Positions 29,021-38,764 of a DNA stretch of 45,938 nt are shown piece after piece (position 1 is the stretch's first letter; each line of letters starts with the position of its first letter). The stretch comes from a virus (Duplodnaviria; Caudoviricetes). The position numbers were made by a program, and so were the translations under genes. The notes under the pieces are model-generated. The model was not told the origin of the DNA. It searched no databases and worked only from the letters and a program-made list of their open reading frames with translations. The DNA is taken from positions 1 through 45,938 of IMG/VR virus record IMGVR_UViG_3300044580_000271. One strand, 5' to 3'.

Positions 29021-29968
29021 ATGGCAGGTGTAAAAGAATTATTTTCAGAAAAATTTCGTCCTAAAAATCTAACTCAGTTAATTGCTCCTGCAAGAATAAA
29101 GACTGAGCTTTCACAAGGATTAGTTCAAAACATTTTATTATATGGCTCTGCCGGAACAGGGAAAACATCTTCCCTGTTCATATTAGCAGAGAATCATCCA
29201 TACCTCTATATTAATGCTTCATCTGAACGAGGTATTGATATTATTAGAGAAAAAATATCCAAGTTTTGTTCAACCATATCACTCGAGGGAGGCTCAGAAA
29301 ATCTTAAATGTGTCATATTAGACGAGATAGATGGTGCCACCGAGGAGTTCTTTAAGGCCCTGCGATCGGTTATGGAACGATATGCAGCTACTTCAAGATT
29401 TATTGCTTCTTGTAATCATATTCAAAAGGTTCCGGCACCAGTTCAATCGAGGTTTCATATGATTTCATATGATGCTATTGATAAAGATGAAGAAACTTAT
29501 TTAATTGGAGAATATAAAACACGAGTAGCAAAAATATTAGATGCTATAAAGGTAACTTATACTGATGAAGTATTAACAAAATTTGTAGTTAAGGATTTTC
29601 CTGATATGAGAACCATTGTTCAAAATATCCAAAGTTTTTATTATCGAGGAATTAAAGTTCTTGATCCAAAAAATTTCAATATCAACTTTGATTTTAAAGA
29701 TTTATTTGATTTGTGCTTAGCAAAACCAAATCCTATTGATAATTACAAATTTATTGTCAATCAATATGGAACTAAGGTTGATGAGTCACTTATTGTTTTA
29801 GGAAGAGATTTTCCTGAATACATAAAGAATAATGCTCCAAGCAAAATTGACAGACTTCCTTTAGTGATCATTTGTGTTGCTGAATATCAATATCAAAAAG
29901 AATTTGTAGTAGATCCAATGATTACTCTTTTAGCTTGTGTATTTAAGATACAAGAGATATTGAAATAA
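29021..29968 (+). CDS. Clamp loader AAA+ subunit (T4 gp44/RFC-like)
   Basis: EKFRP, GSAGTGKT, INAS.ERGID, LDEID, SRF, FPDMR. Confidence 0.9.
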   Translation: MAGVKELFSEKFRPKNLTQLIAPARIKTELSQGLVQNILLYGSAGTGKTSSLFILAENHPYLYINASSERGIDIIREKISKFCSTISLEGGSENLKCVILDEIDGATEEFFKALRSVMERYAATSRFIASCNHIQKVPAPVQSRFHMISYDAIDKDEETYLIGEYKTRVAKILDAIKVTYTDEVLTKFVVKDFPDMRTIVQNIQSFYYRGIKVLDPKNFNINFDFKDLFDLCLAKPNPIDNYKFIVNQYGTKVDESLIVLGRDFPEYIKNNAPSKIDRLPLVIICVAEYQYQKEFVVDPMITLLACVFKIQEILK

Positions 29969-30031
29969 TCTTAACAGAATTTTAACAGAAAACATTTTTA
30001 TTTTTAACAATTTTAAATTACTTTTGGTGTT

Positions 30032-30352
30032 ATGAATATTCAGACGAAATATAACCCCGGAGATTATTTATTCTTCATAAAGAATGGCAAGAAAAAAGGA
30101 GATGTTCAAGTGTTATCGATAACAGCTTTTCATAGTAATGGCCAAAATGATGAAATTACTTATAAAGTTAAAGAGATATACACTGGATATGGAACAACTA
30201 ATGAAGAGCATGAAATAGAAGAAGACTTTTTGTATCAAAATGAAGGCGAAATATTAGCTTTCTTCAAAGGAAATATTAGATCCTTTTTGAATAAAAATAA
30301 AGAATTCAACGGAAGGATCAAAGAACCAGAAAAAGACGATTTACCATTTTAA
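30032..30352 (+). CDS. Hypothetical protein
   Basis: TKYNPGD N-terminus; DDLPF C-terminus. Confidence 0.55.
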   Translation: MNIQTKYNPGDYLFFIKNGKKKGDVQVLSITAFHSNGQNDEITYKVKEIYTGYGTTNEEHEIEEDFLYQNEGEILAFFKGNIRSFLNKNKEFNGRIKEPEKDDLPF

Positions 30353-30361
30353 AGTATAAGT

Positions 30362-31510
30362 ATGACCAATGTAATTTTTGATTTATCAAACATGTTTTTC
30401 AGAAGCCTCTTTATAGTTGGAGGTTATGGAGCAAAAAATTATTCATTTGATAATCAGTCCGAAGTCGATCAATTAATGAGAAAGGTTTCTACTGATGTAT
30501 CTTTTATTATAAGACAACTAAATCCCTCAAGAGTTATTTTTGCTCTTGATTCCAGATCTTGGAGAAAAGAAATTTCAATTGATGAGAATGATGGTTATAA
30601 AGCCAATCGCGAAAAAAGTGGAATGATCAATTGGGACAATGTATTTAATACAATGAGAGAGTTTGGAGAAATCCTTAATTCAAATGGGTTTATCGTTACT
30701 AAAATTGATAATGCTGAAGCAGATGACATCATCACTTTATGGAGAGATAAATTATTGTTTGATCAAAATCAACATGTTATTATAGTTTCTGCTGATGAAG
30801 ATGTACGTCAATTAGTTGCATTTTTCCCATATGAACCAGGAAAAATGGTTTTCTCTACAGTTTATAATCCATTTTCAACTGGCAAAAATGCAACTAAAAG
30901 ATTATTTGTACCTCATCATTTTCATGATTGGATCGAAAAGTTAGATAGTGGCGATATTTTCAATAGAGCTATTGATGTTGACAAAGACGATTTTAAAAAG
31001 CTAAGAGATAATGAAAAGGTTTCTGTAGAAGAAGTAAACGGGGAATATATTGCCATGAAAAAAATATTTTGCGGCGATGATGGAGATAATGTTCCTGCCA
31101 TTTATTCTTGGCTTAGTGATAAAGGAAAAATGGTTCGTATCACTGAATCAAAATTCCAAAAGATTATCGATTACATTGGAGCTAAGGATTATTTAGATCT
31201 TGTCGAAAAGGCCCCAATAATTTATGATCAAATAACAGAGATGGCCGGACATACTCCGTCTTTCCGAAATATGGTTGACAGACTAAATAGACAAATTAAA
31301 TTGGTTGTATTATCTCGTCATGTTTTTCCTCAAGAAATTTTGGATAAATTTGATGAACAAGTCCAAGAGCAATTACAAAGGCCAACTGTACATCCTCAAA
31401 ATTGGAATATGAATTCTATCTTGGAAGGAACTCGTTATGTAAGAAACAATAATGGAAGTGAAGCATCTATTTTTAAAGAAATTGATAGGTTAAACGCACA
31501 ATTATTTTAA
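30362..31510 (+). CDS. 5'-3' exonuclease / T4 RNase H-like (FEN/PIN fold)
   Basis: IFD.SN, SWRK, YKANR, EADD, SADED, GDDGDNVP. Confidence 0.85.
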   Translation: MTNVIFDLSNMFFRSLFIVGGYGAKNYSFDNQSEVDQLMRKVSTDVSFIIRQLNPSRVIFALDSRSWRKEISIDENDGYKANREKSGMINWDNVFNTMREFGEILNSNGFIVTKIDNAEADDIITLWRDKLLFDQNQHVIIVSADEDVRQLVAFFPYEPGKMVFSTVYNPFSTGKNATKRLFVPHHFHDWIEKLDSGDIFNRAIDVDKDDFKKLRDNEKVSVEEVNGEYIAMKKIFCGDDGDNVPAIYSWLSDKGKMVRITESKFQKIIDYIGAKDYLDLVEKAPIIYDQITEMAGHTPSFRNMVDRLNRQIKLVVLSRHVFPQEILDKFDEQVQEQLQRPTVHPQNWNMNSILEGTRYVRNNNGSEASIFKEIDRLNAQLF

Positions 31511-31519
31511 TGAGTGTTG

Positions 31520-31855
31520 ATGAATTACAATAAAATAAGAGGGGAACTTTACGTTGAAATTATTAGTTCAAAACAAAAAGAAGAACCCTCAAAAAGGCTT
31601 GTTCAGTTATTTTATGATCTCGTTAATGTATCACTAACTGGATTTAAATATAATCAGAATTTATATGACGACTTATTTCAATCCGCTATTTTAGATCTTT
31701 TACTACATTGGAAAAAGTATAATGAAAAATCAAATTGTGATCCAAAACTGTATATGAACCAAATAATTAAAAGTAGTTTTGCTCATACATATTATACAAA
31801 TTTAAAACATAAATCTAAAACAATATGCCTACAGGATATACAGCCGGAATTATAG
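31520..31855 (+). CDS. Small divergent T4 gp55-like (late sigma) protein
   Basis: DDLFQSAILDLLLHWKKYNEKSNCDPKLYMNQIIKSSF resembles gp55 region 2. Confidence 0.5.
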   Translation: MNYNKIRGELYVEIISSKQKEEPSKRLVQLFYDLVNVSLTGFKYNQNLYDDLFQSAILDLLLHWKKYNEKSNCDPKLYMNQIIKSSFAHTYYTNLKHKSKTICLQDIQPEL

Positions 31856-32445
31856 ATGGAAAAATTAATACCTTTCGCGATTTTGCTCTTGTTTGTGTAA
31901 AAGCTTTTGGAGCCGCTATCCATATGAGAGATGAACAAGATGTAAAATATGAGCCAGCAAAACCTGATCAATATTATGTCAATGCCGTTAAAGAGGCCAG
32001 AGAAAGAATGGTTGAAATTTTCTCAATTACTGATGAACAAATAATAGAAAGAAAAAGGATAACAATTGAATCCACTTTAAAATATCATTCTCAACGAATA
32101 AGGCAAATAAAAGTTATACGAGAAAAATTAGAATATTTACTAGAACAAGCCAGAAAATATGAGCCTCCAACGCCAGAACATGTTGAAATAAAAGAATTTA
32201 TGGTTCAACAACTTGAAAGTACTATTGAACATGATTGTGATTTAAGTTATCATGAAGCATACATTGAGATGACTAATTCCTTGAAAGATAAACCTATTGA
32301 TCCAAAAGCTATTAGAGATTCTTTATTAGATGATAATATTAAGGATATGCAACATGCAGAAGAAAGGTTAAAAGATAATATCAATAAATGTAATGAGGCA
32401 AATAAATGGGTTGAAGTGTTTTTAAATTCTATAAAGGATGAATGA
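31825..32445 (+). CDS. Hypothetical phage protein
   Basis: MPTGYT...AFGA..HMRD...PPTPEH..KEFM..QL. Confidence 0.65.
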   Translation: MPTGYTAGIIDGKINTFRDFALVCVKAFGAAIHMRDEQDVKYEPAKPDQYYVNAVKEARERMVEIFSITDEQIIERKRITIESTLKYHSQRIRQIKVIREKLEYLLEQARKYEPPTPEHVEIKEFMVQQLESTIEHDCDLSYHEAYIEMTNSLKDKPIDPKAIRDSLLDDNIKDMQHAEERLKDNINKCNEANKWVEVFLNSIKDE

Positions 32446-32732
32446 CCATGACAAAACCACTATTTATATTATTTGTTGAGATGGGAACAATGTCATCTAT
32501 AAAAGCTCGTCAACGGATGGCAGAAGCAAGAGATTATTTAGAAAAACAAATAGGCGATGATTTTAAAATACTAATACTTCCCACAATGAATGGACATAGC
32601 AGAGTTCAATTTTATCCTCCAGGAATAGATATTCAAGATTTTTCAGAAGATTTAATTAAAGAGTTGGCTAAAAAAACATCTTTAAAAAATATTCGAATTT
32701 CAATGAACAAAGAAAATTTAACAGAAAATTAA
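32442..32732 (+). CDS. Hypothetical protein
   Basis: 96-aa coupled ORF. Confidence 0.5.
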   Translation: MTMTKPLFILFVEMGTMSSIKARQRMAEARDYLEKQIGDDFKILILPTMNGHSRVQFYPPGIDIQDFSEDLIKELAKKTSLKNIRISMNKENLTEN

Positions 32733-32816
32733 CAGATTTTGGAAAACTTTTTAAAAGTACTGCATAAAATAAGTAACCTGAAGCTCCAGGAAAAAACTAT
32801 CTAAATACTATCCAGA

Positions 32817-33233
32817 ATGGAACTCTTTGAACTTACAAAGATTATGTTTGAAAAACCAGAAGAATACTCTTCGGTAACCCCTGGAGATAAGAGAAAACAC
32901 TTCTTTATGATAAATCGAAGGATGGCAATTCAACATCCTGAAGAAGCACAAGCTTTACAACGTCTTAAAATAAATGAATCTGCTGTTGTTGATTTCTGGC
33001 AACGCTTTCTTATTCGAAAATATAAAGGAAAGACACCTTTTTGGATGTTTATTGCTGGCGTTAAAAAGAAACAAGAAGAAAAAGAAAAGAAAGTAAACAT
33101 AAAGGAATCTGTAATAAAACAATATGCTATTAAATTTGGTTATGATTTAAAATCTGTAAGAGAAGCTATTGAAATTTTTCCAGATTCAATGAAAAAAGAA
33201 TTACAAAACTTTGAAAAAATATTAGAATCATGA
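32817..33233 (+). CDS. Possible clamp-loader small subunit (T4 gp62-like)
   Basis: FMINR motif, size and proximity to the gp44-like gene; weak similarity only. Confidence 0.4.
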   Translation: MELFELTKIMFEKPEEYSSVTPGDKRKHFFMINRRMAIQHPEEAQALQRLKINESAVVDFWQRFLIRKYKGKTPFWMFIAGVKKKQEEKEKKVNIKESVIKQYAIKFGYDLKSVREAIEIFPDSMKKELQNFEKILES

Positions 33234-33613
33234 GTGAATTTTTACAAAAACTGACATTAGTATTTATAATATGGGAAGTTTTAAAACTTTTCATTAGTAA
33301 GCTTTCCTGGGAAAATGTTATTTCAAGTTGGAATAAAAAGAATGAACCCCAATTAATTAAGGGAAAATATCCTTTACTAAATTTTATAGCTTATTCCTAT
33401 ATGATTTATCTTGCGTTACTATTATTTACACAATGGTGGTGGGTTTCTTTATCTATGGTTGCCTTAGCTATATTAACAACTATATCAATGTTTCCGTCTA
33501 TTAAAAGATCAGATTCATTTAATTTTCATATATTTTTAATGTATGTTGTTGATACTGTTATAACTATAATTTTACTGTGTCAGATAAATAATCCATTGGA
33601 ATGGATATTATAA
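33230..33613 (+). CDS. Membrane protein
   Basis: Several hydrophobic segments. Confidence 0.6.
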   Translation: MSEFLQKLTLVFIIWEVLKLFISKLSWENVISSWNKKNEPQLIKGKYPLLNFIAYSYMIYLALLLFTQWWWVSLSMVALAILTTISMFPSIKRSDSFNFHIFLMYVVDTVITIILLCQINNPLEWIL

Positions 33614-33698
33614 AAGAATCAAAATCCAAAATTGACGGATCACAAATGCAAATCGCTAATGATGCTGCTAAGAATTTTTTAAACACGTGGCTGAATAG

Positions 33699-34031
33699 AT
33701 GAAAAAAAGAGACAAAATATTTCGAGAAGTAAATTACAGAAAGTTTTTAGGTAGAGAAGGCGAAACAGATACTACAAAACCCCCTATTGCAACGGTTAAA
33801 AAGGTTGTGGAATGTTGGCAAAAAGGTGGATTAGATGCTGTCAAAATATTTTTAAATGAATCGATTGTATGGGGAAATACTTGGGAAGATAAGATTAAGA
33901 AATTAATAAATGAAGGAAAAACTCTCTCTGCCCAAGCCGAAATAGAATTAGTCGCATTTAACTTAGATTTCAGAAATCAATTATATAAAAAGAAATTAGA
34001 CCCTAATAAAATTGAAAAACATGGACGTTAA
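33699..34031 (+). CDS. Hypothetical protein
   Basis: 110-aa ORF. Confidence 0.55.
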   Translation: MKKRDKIFREVNYRKFLGREGETDTTKPPIATVKKVVECWQKGGLDAVKIFLNESIVWGNTWEDKIKKLINEGKTLSAQAEIELVAFNLDFRNQLYKKKLDPNKIEKHGR

Positions 34032-34560
34032 AAAATTACTTGAAGCCGTAGAAGAAAAAAATCTTTCAATTAAAGATTTAAAAATTCTAAATTTAGTACC
34101 TAATGTTGTAGATGATGTTGTAATTGGCATTCCAAATGGGCACGTGGAAGCGTATCTTCCTAAGGATATGTCTGGTGATAGGTACAAAAAGTGGCTTAAA
34201 GGGCGCGGCGGTATATTTTATAGAGATTTAACAAGGGCTAATTCTAATCGTGCACACGGAAAATATGTACTACTTGAAGGGAATGGATCTAGGATGATTT
34301 CGAGGTTAATTGATGATGACGAAATAGAATTGTTTAGTGTACTTAAATTGATAGATGGAAAAATAAAGGATCGCCCCTATATGACTATTCGTACCCTAGA
34401 GGAGGATGAGAAACTAACATCTACTCAAAGATATATAAAAGAAAACGATGAGGAATATAATTCTGAAATAAGAATTACCATTCCGAACAATGATATATCC
34501 TCAGAAGAGCCTGAGGACAGTGAACCTGATCATGGGAATGTTTCCCTATTTGAAGATTAG
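34021..34560 (+). CDS. Hypothetical protein with acidic tail
   Basis: ORF ending in TAG. Confidence 0.55.
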   Translation: MDVKKLLEAVEEKNLSIKDLKILNLVPNVVDDVVIGIPNGHVEAYLPKDMSGDRYKKWLKGRGGIFYRDLTRANSNRAHGKYVLLEGNGSRMISRLIDDDEIELFSVLKLIDGKIKDRPYMTIRTLEEDEKLTSTQRYIKENDEEYNSEIRITIPNNDISSEEPEDSEPDHGNVSLFED

Positions 34561-34722
34561 TTAGCTTTACAATTCCTAAAATAAATAAGCTCTAATAGCT
34601 TAATAGATGCTATTGATGTAAAATTTTTTTGAATCAATTATTTTATTTAAATTTACATTATTGAGTAAATGCTAAAATAATTGAGTACATCTTGGCATTA
34701 AGTTAAACTAAAAAAATGAATT

Positions 34723-35472
34723 ATGAAAGTAGTAAAACAAACTAAAAATTTGCAAACGAAATCCGGAAAATTTAAAAAATTCTTTTTAATTAACTTTTTA
34801 TTCTTAATCAGTTTTATGTTTTCTTTTAATTCCGGAGAAACACCCGTGAATGCTCAGTCCTTTGGTTCTGATTTTTCAAATACAGCTTATGTATATTCAG
34901 TTCGCGATCGAGGGCGTATGGAGTTAATAAATGAAGTAAAGCTCTACATGCATCAAATTGCTCCGGATTCTAAATTAGATCCGGAGTTTCTAGTCTTAAA
35001 ATGTCTAGAGTATGATATGGATATTGCATTTGTTGTTGCTCAAGGTATATTGGAATCACATCTTGGGACAAAGGGATTAGCTGTGCAAACGAATTCGGTA
35101 TGGAACGTTGGTACTTATGACAACGGAGAGATTAAATATCGATACAGTAATGTAAATGAGTCAATTGAACCATATCTAAAACTCCTTAAAGACAAATATT
35201 TAATTAACATATCTGTTAAAGGTGATACAATCTATAAAGATTTGAATCATTTATTACAAGACAGAGGATATAAAAACTTAAAGGGAGAAAGATATGCTAC
35301 AGCTTCTTCGTATGAAAATTCATTACGAAAGATAATGATACAAATCAATATGGACACTAATATTCAAATGTATCAACAAGTAATAACATTATCTGACGAA
35401 AAAATATTAGCCTATTTTGGACCAATAGAAAAAGAGATCACATCAGATTTAAAAGAAATTGCAATGAATTAG
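34723..35472 (+). CDS. Glucosaminidase/lysozyme-like muralytic enzyme with N-terminal membrane segment
   Basis: AQGILESHLG, NSVWNVG, YAT motifs (GH73-like). Confidence 0.7.
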   Translation: MKVVKQTKNLQTKSGKFKKFFLINFLFLISFMFSFNSGETPVNAQSFGSDFSNTAYVYSVRDRGRMELINEVKLYMHQIAPDSKLDPEFLVLKCLEYDMDIAFVVAQGILESHLGTKGLAVQTNSVWNVGTYDNGEIKYRYSNVNESIEPYLKLLKDKYLINISVKGDTIYKDLNHLLQDRGYKNLKGERYATASSYENSLRKIMIQINMDTNIQMYQQVITLSDEKILAYFGPIEKEITSDLKEIAMN

Positions 35473-35492
35473 AAATCATTGAATTTTAATTT

Positions 35493-35517
35493 AAAAGGGG
35501 GTTAACCCCTTTTTTTA
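35493..35517 (+). terminator. Intrinsic terminator
   Basis: aaaagggg-gttaa-cccctttt plus T-run. Confidence 0.8.
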
Positions 35518-35564
35518 TTGGGGTGAAGTAATATAATTAAAGATATATAAAATAAAATTAACCT

Positions 35565-36500
35565 ATGCCTTTAGATTGGGGAAATCCAAATACTTATAAT
35601 TATGTAGATCAAGAACATAATTTGATGCTATGTAAAAATGAAGAATGGAATGTTACAATAGGAGGTGGCAGATACGAGGCAATAGTCAGATCCTTTATTG
35701 CTTATTTATGTTATGGAGATGAAAGATTTATTGAGGGTATAGAATCTTGTTGGACAAAAAAACAAATTGGAAAAAAATACAAATATATTGGGCGTCCATA
35801 TCCTGTTAAAGCCGATAAATTACCCCCATTAGTTGCCGATCATGTAGCTTATTCTATTTTTGCGTTTAAATATGCAGGATATTCTCAGGAATCACTTAAA
35901 GATTTTATTAATCATACAAAGATAAATTTTAATCCTTCTTTTTATTTATGGGCCAAAGCATTAGTGGGAAATAAATTAAACGAACTGTTATTTTATTTTT
36001 ATATGATTCCAAAAATTAAACTTGTTACACTATGGAACAAGTTAATTTATAAGATTGCTCCATTCGAAGATGAAGTTTGTCAAAATGGGTGGATTAAAGT
36101 CGACAATGATTTAAAACCGGAAAGAATAAAAAAATTAGCTAAAAAATTATATTCCATACAAGATTTACACTGTGTTGCGTGGAAGATTTATTTTATGTCA
36201 AACTCAAAATTAAAAACAAAGTTACAAAAAATGTGTTTAAAAATAACTCCCAGACATAATTATGTGATAAAAATGATATTAGGGTCTAAGGAAAATATTT
36301 CAAAGAATAAAATTAATAATTATAAACCTATGACAAGTCATAGATGGCACACAATATTAAATCCATGGATAACAGACAGAGATTTAAGTATCATAACAGA
36401 CGAAAAATTATTACAAGCTAATGTTTTAGATGTGGATTATGTAAGGACTTTATATAATACTATTTGGTGTCCACCAATAGATAAAAAAATAATAAATTAA
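35565..36500 (+). CDS. Hypothetical protein
   Basis: 311-aa ORF after a gatatataa motif. Confidence 0.6.
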   Translation: MPLDWGNPNTYNYVDQEHNLMLCKNEEWNVTIGGGRYEAIVRSFIAYLCYGDERFIEGIESCWTKKQIGKKYKYIGRPYPVKADKLPPLVADHVAYSIFAFKYAGYSQESLKDFINHTKINFNPSFYLWAKALVGNKLNELLFYFYMIPKIKLVTLWNKLIYKIAPFEDEVCQNGWIKVDNDLKPERIKKLAKKLYSIQDLHCVAWKIYFMSNSKLKTKLQKMCLKITPRHNYVIKMILGSKENISKNKINNYKPMTSHRWHTILNPWITDRDLSIITDEKLLQANVLDVDYVRTLYNTIWCPPIDKKIIN

Positions 36501-36504
36501 AAAT

Positions 36505-37299
36505 ATGAATTACGTATTTAATCTACAACCTAGTCCAAAAGATGATAGAGACTTTCTACTTGAAAGTATATATCCATATTCTGTTGCCCTTCCATCAACA
36601 TTAGATCTTCGTAACGGAATGCCACCGGTAAGAGATCAAGGACAATACGGAACTTGTTCTGCACAAACTGCAGCGGCAATGAAAGAATGGCAAGAACGAG
36701 TGGATGTTAATTTTAAAAACTATATGTCACCTCAATTTGTTTATAATTTGAGAGAGAATTATGGAACAGAAGGAATGACACCTAGAGATACAATGAAAAT
36801 TTTGTATCATGTTGGCATAGTTCCTGAAAAAGATTATCCATATGCTTCTTCATTTGAAAACTTGGATCCATCGGCTTTAAAACCAACATTAGCAGAAACT
36901 GCAGCTAAGTATCGAATTTCTGGATATGCTACAATAGGAACAATAGATTCTTTGAAAAAGGCTTTATTAGCAAATGGTCCTTGCTATATCGCATTTTCTG
37001 TTTATAATCCAGAAAAAAGAGAATTTTGGAAACCTGATTTTCCTAATCAAGAAGCTATGGGAGGACATGCTGTTACAGTAGTTGGATGGTTAAAAGATTC
37101 ATTCATTATAAGAAACTCTTGGAGTTCTCAATGGGGAGATGGTGGTTATACATATTATAAATTCGCAGATTGGGGTATGCATTGGGAAGTTTGGACAACT
37201 ATCGATGCAGATACATCTCAAGATAAACTAGAACAAATATCGTGTGATAGAGTAGGATTTCTTAGAAAATTATTTCATAGAAGAATTAGACAATATTAA
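36505..37299 (+). CDS. Papain-like (C1) cysteine peptidase
   Basis: QGQYGTCSA, GGHAV, IRNSWSSQWGDGGY. Confidence 0.9.
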   Translation: MNYVFNLQPSPKDDRDFLLESIYPYSVALPSTLDLRNGMPPVRDQGQYGTCSAQTAAAMKEWQERVDVNFKNYMSPQFVYNLRENYGTEGMTPRDTMKILYHVGIVPEKDYPYASSFENLDPSALKPTLAETAAKYRISGYATIGTIDSLKKALLANGPCYIAFSVYNPEKREFWKPDFPNQEAMGGHAVTVVGWLKDSFIIRNSWSSQWGDGGYTYYKFADWGMHWEVWTTIDADTSQDKLEQISCDRVGFLRKLFHRRIRQY

Positions 37300-37667
37300 T
37301 GAGAAAATTTTCATCCATAGAAGATTGGGAAAAGAATCAGGAGAGAATTTTAAGTTTGCGTGATACCTTAACTCTGAATGTTGAAGCGGGATTAGAACAT
37401 TATGCAAAATTTATAGATTATGAATCTATTGAATATCATGAAGGAGACGAAGAGAGTACTTTTTATATAAATCTACTTATTCCGAAAAATGATCCAATTG
37501 TTAAAGGCCAAGACAAACAATCTATAAAAGATGAAATTTTTGTTTATATTGGTAGTAGTTCTTATACTGGTCCTGACGGTCCATATGAAAAAACATCTGT
37601 ATATGTAAAAGATATAAAGGACATATGGAAAGTGTACATTACAAAAAATTGGGGATATGATATATAA
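37299..37667 (+). CDS. Hypothetical protein
   Basis: 122-aa coupled ORF. Confidence 0.55.
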   Translation: MRKFSSIEDWEKNQERILSLRDTLTLNVEAGLEHYAKFIDYESIEYHEGDEESTFYINLLIPKNDPIVKGQDKQSIKDEIFVYIGSSSYTGPDGPYEKTSVYVKDIKDIWKVYITKNWGYDI

Positions 37668-37685
37668 AAAAATAACCACTTGAAT

Positions 37686-37964
37686 ATGACACAGATTGCT
37701 CCAATTAGAAAAGTTTTCAATATAATAGATTCTTGTGAAAATTCGCAGCAATTAAGAACTTGTATGAAACTTGCTGATTATTATACACAAATGGTTAAAG
37801 AAAAAGGTGTCGTTAATCATTCTCTAGTTAAAGAAACAATATACATCCGTATTAATGAGAAAAAAGAAGAACTTGGATTGGCTAATAAATTTCACGGAAA
37901 AATACAAAAGAAAAAAATTGCATTTAAAGAAATCGAAAATGAATTAATTGAAAATTTTTCATGA
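37686..37964 (+). CDS. Hypothetical protein
   Basis: IIDSCENSQQL motif; after gatatataa. Confidence 0.55.
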   Translation: MTQIAPIRKVFNIIDSCENSQQLRTCMKLADYYTQMVKEKGVVNHSLVKETIYIRINEKKEELGLANKFHGKIQKKKIAFKEIENELIENFS

Positions 37965-38389
37965 AAGCAAAATTTGTAAATGAAACATTACAAGATATTT
38001 TCAAACCTAAAACAGAACAAGAGGTTGAATCTATGTTTAATAAAGCTTTTAAAGATTACAAAAAATACATTATAAAAGAAACCCCATCATACGCAATATT
38101 TCAATTTGACATAGATAGCGAAAAAGTATTACAAGATTTTTGGAAGTTTAATGTATTATGGGCTTCGAGAACTCCTTTTGGAATGCCCTTAAATCAAGCA
38201 AGAAAATATATGGAACAGTATTACAAAGAATTCGGTCCATTTATTCTCGTTATAGATAAATTAGATTCTAAATTTTATTTAACCCAACGTAAAGCCCCTT
38301 TTGTAACAGATATGATAAATGATAGGATGTTAGGAGAAATGGGAGAACAAATTACAGGAGAGAAATTTTTGAAAAAGTATAATTTTTGA
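37961..38389 (+). CDS. Hypothetical protein
   Basis: MKAKFVNE...FKPKT N-terminus. Confidence 0.6.
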   Translation: MKAKFVNETLQDIFKPKTEQEVESMFNKAFKDYKKYIIKETPSYAIFQFDIDSEKVLQDFWKFNVLWASRTPFGMPLNQARKYMEQYYKEFGPFILVIDKLDSKFYLTQRKAPFVTDMINDRMLGEMGEQITGEKFLKKYNF

Positions 38390-38431
38390 AAAAAAAAACA
38401 TTAAAAAATTTTTTTATTTGAAAAAAGTGAT

Positions 38432-38480
38432 TATATTTGCACTATCTATCAAAACTTTTTGTGGGCGAGTGTATATATAA
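38432..38480 (+). promoter_or_regulatory. Tandem promoters for the RNA island
   Basis: tatatttg at 38432; aaact-N16-atatat(aa) at 38452-38480. Confidence 0.55.
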
Positions 38481-38522
38481 TAATATTAAAAATGATTTAA
38501 AAAGCGATAAAGATTTTCAAAG

Positions 38523-38621
38523 ATGATGGCAACGTATTTAACATATAGCCCCTTTAGTTTACCACAACAACTTTGTGAAGAGCTATTTTATGCTCTTAAG
38601 GAGGGAAAGTATAGTGGTTAA
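38523..38621 (+). CDS. Putative attenuator leader peptide MMATYLTYSPFSLPQQLCEELFYALKEGKYSG
   Basis: 32-codon ORF; internal aggaggg is complementary to the terminator 5' arm ccctcct. Confidence 0.55.
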   Translation: MMATYLTYSPFSLPQQLCEELFYALKEGKYSG

Positions 38622-38651
38622 GTAGGTTGTCATACTCTATATAACTTCTTC

Positions 38652-38684
38652 ACCCTCCTCACGAAAGTCTGGAGGGTTTTTTTT
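38652..38684 (+). terminator. Intrinsic terminator at the head of the tRNA island (attenuator)
   Basis: accctcc-tcacgaaagtct-ggagggt plus T-run. Confidence 0.75.
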
Positions 38685-38722
38685 GGTTCTTTGACATATT
38701 GGTAACGTTAAAATAAGATTTC

Positions 38723-38764
38723 TTCGAACCTATTTTGAATATATAGTAGAAATAGGTTCGAATG
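38723..38764 (+). promoter_or_regulatory. 13-bp hairpin reaching the endonuclease start codon, promoter-like loop
   Basis: ttcgaacctattt / aaataggttcgaa; loop contains gaatatata. Confidence 0.7.

Noticed and set aside
34560-34720. Inverted repeats upstream of the glucosaminidase as a riboswitch or ncRNA
   Set aside because: Very AT-rich imperfect stems that could arise by chance; no recognisable motif
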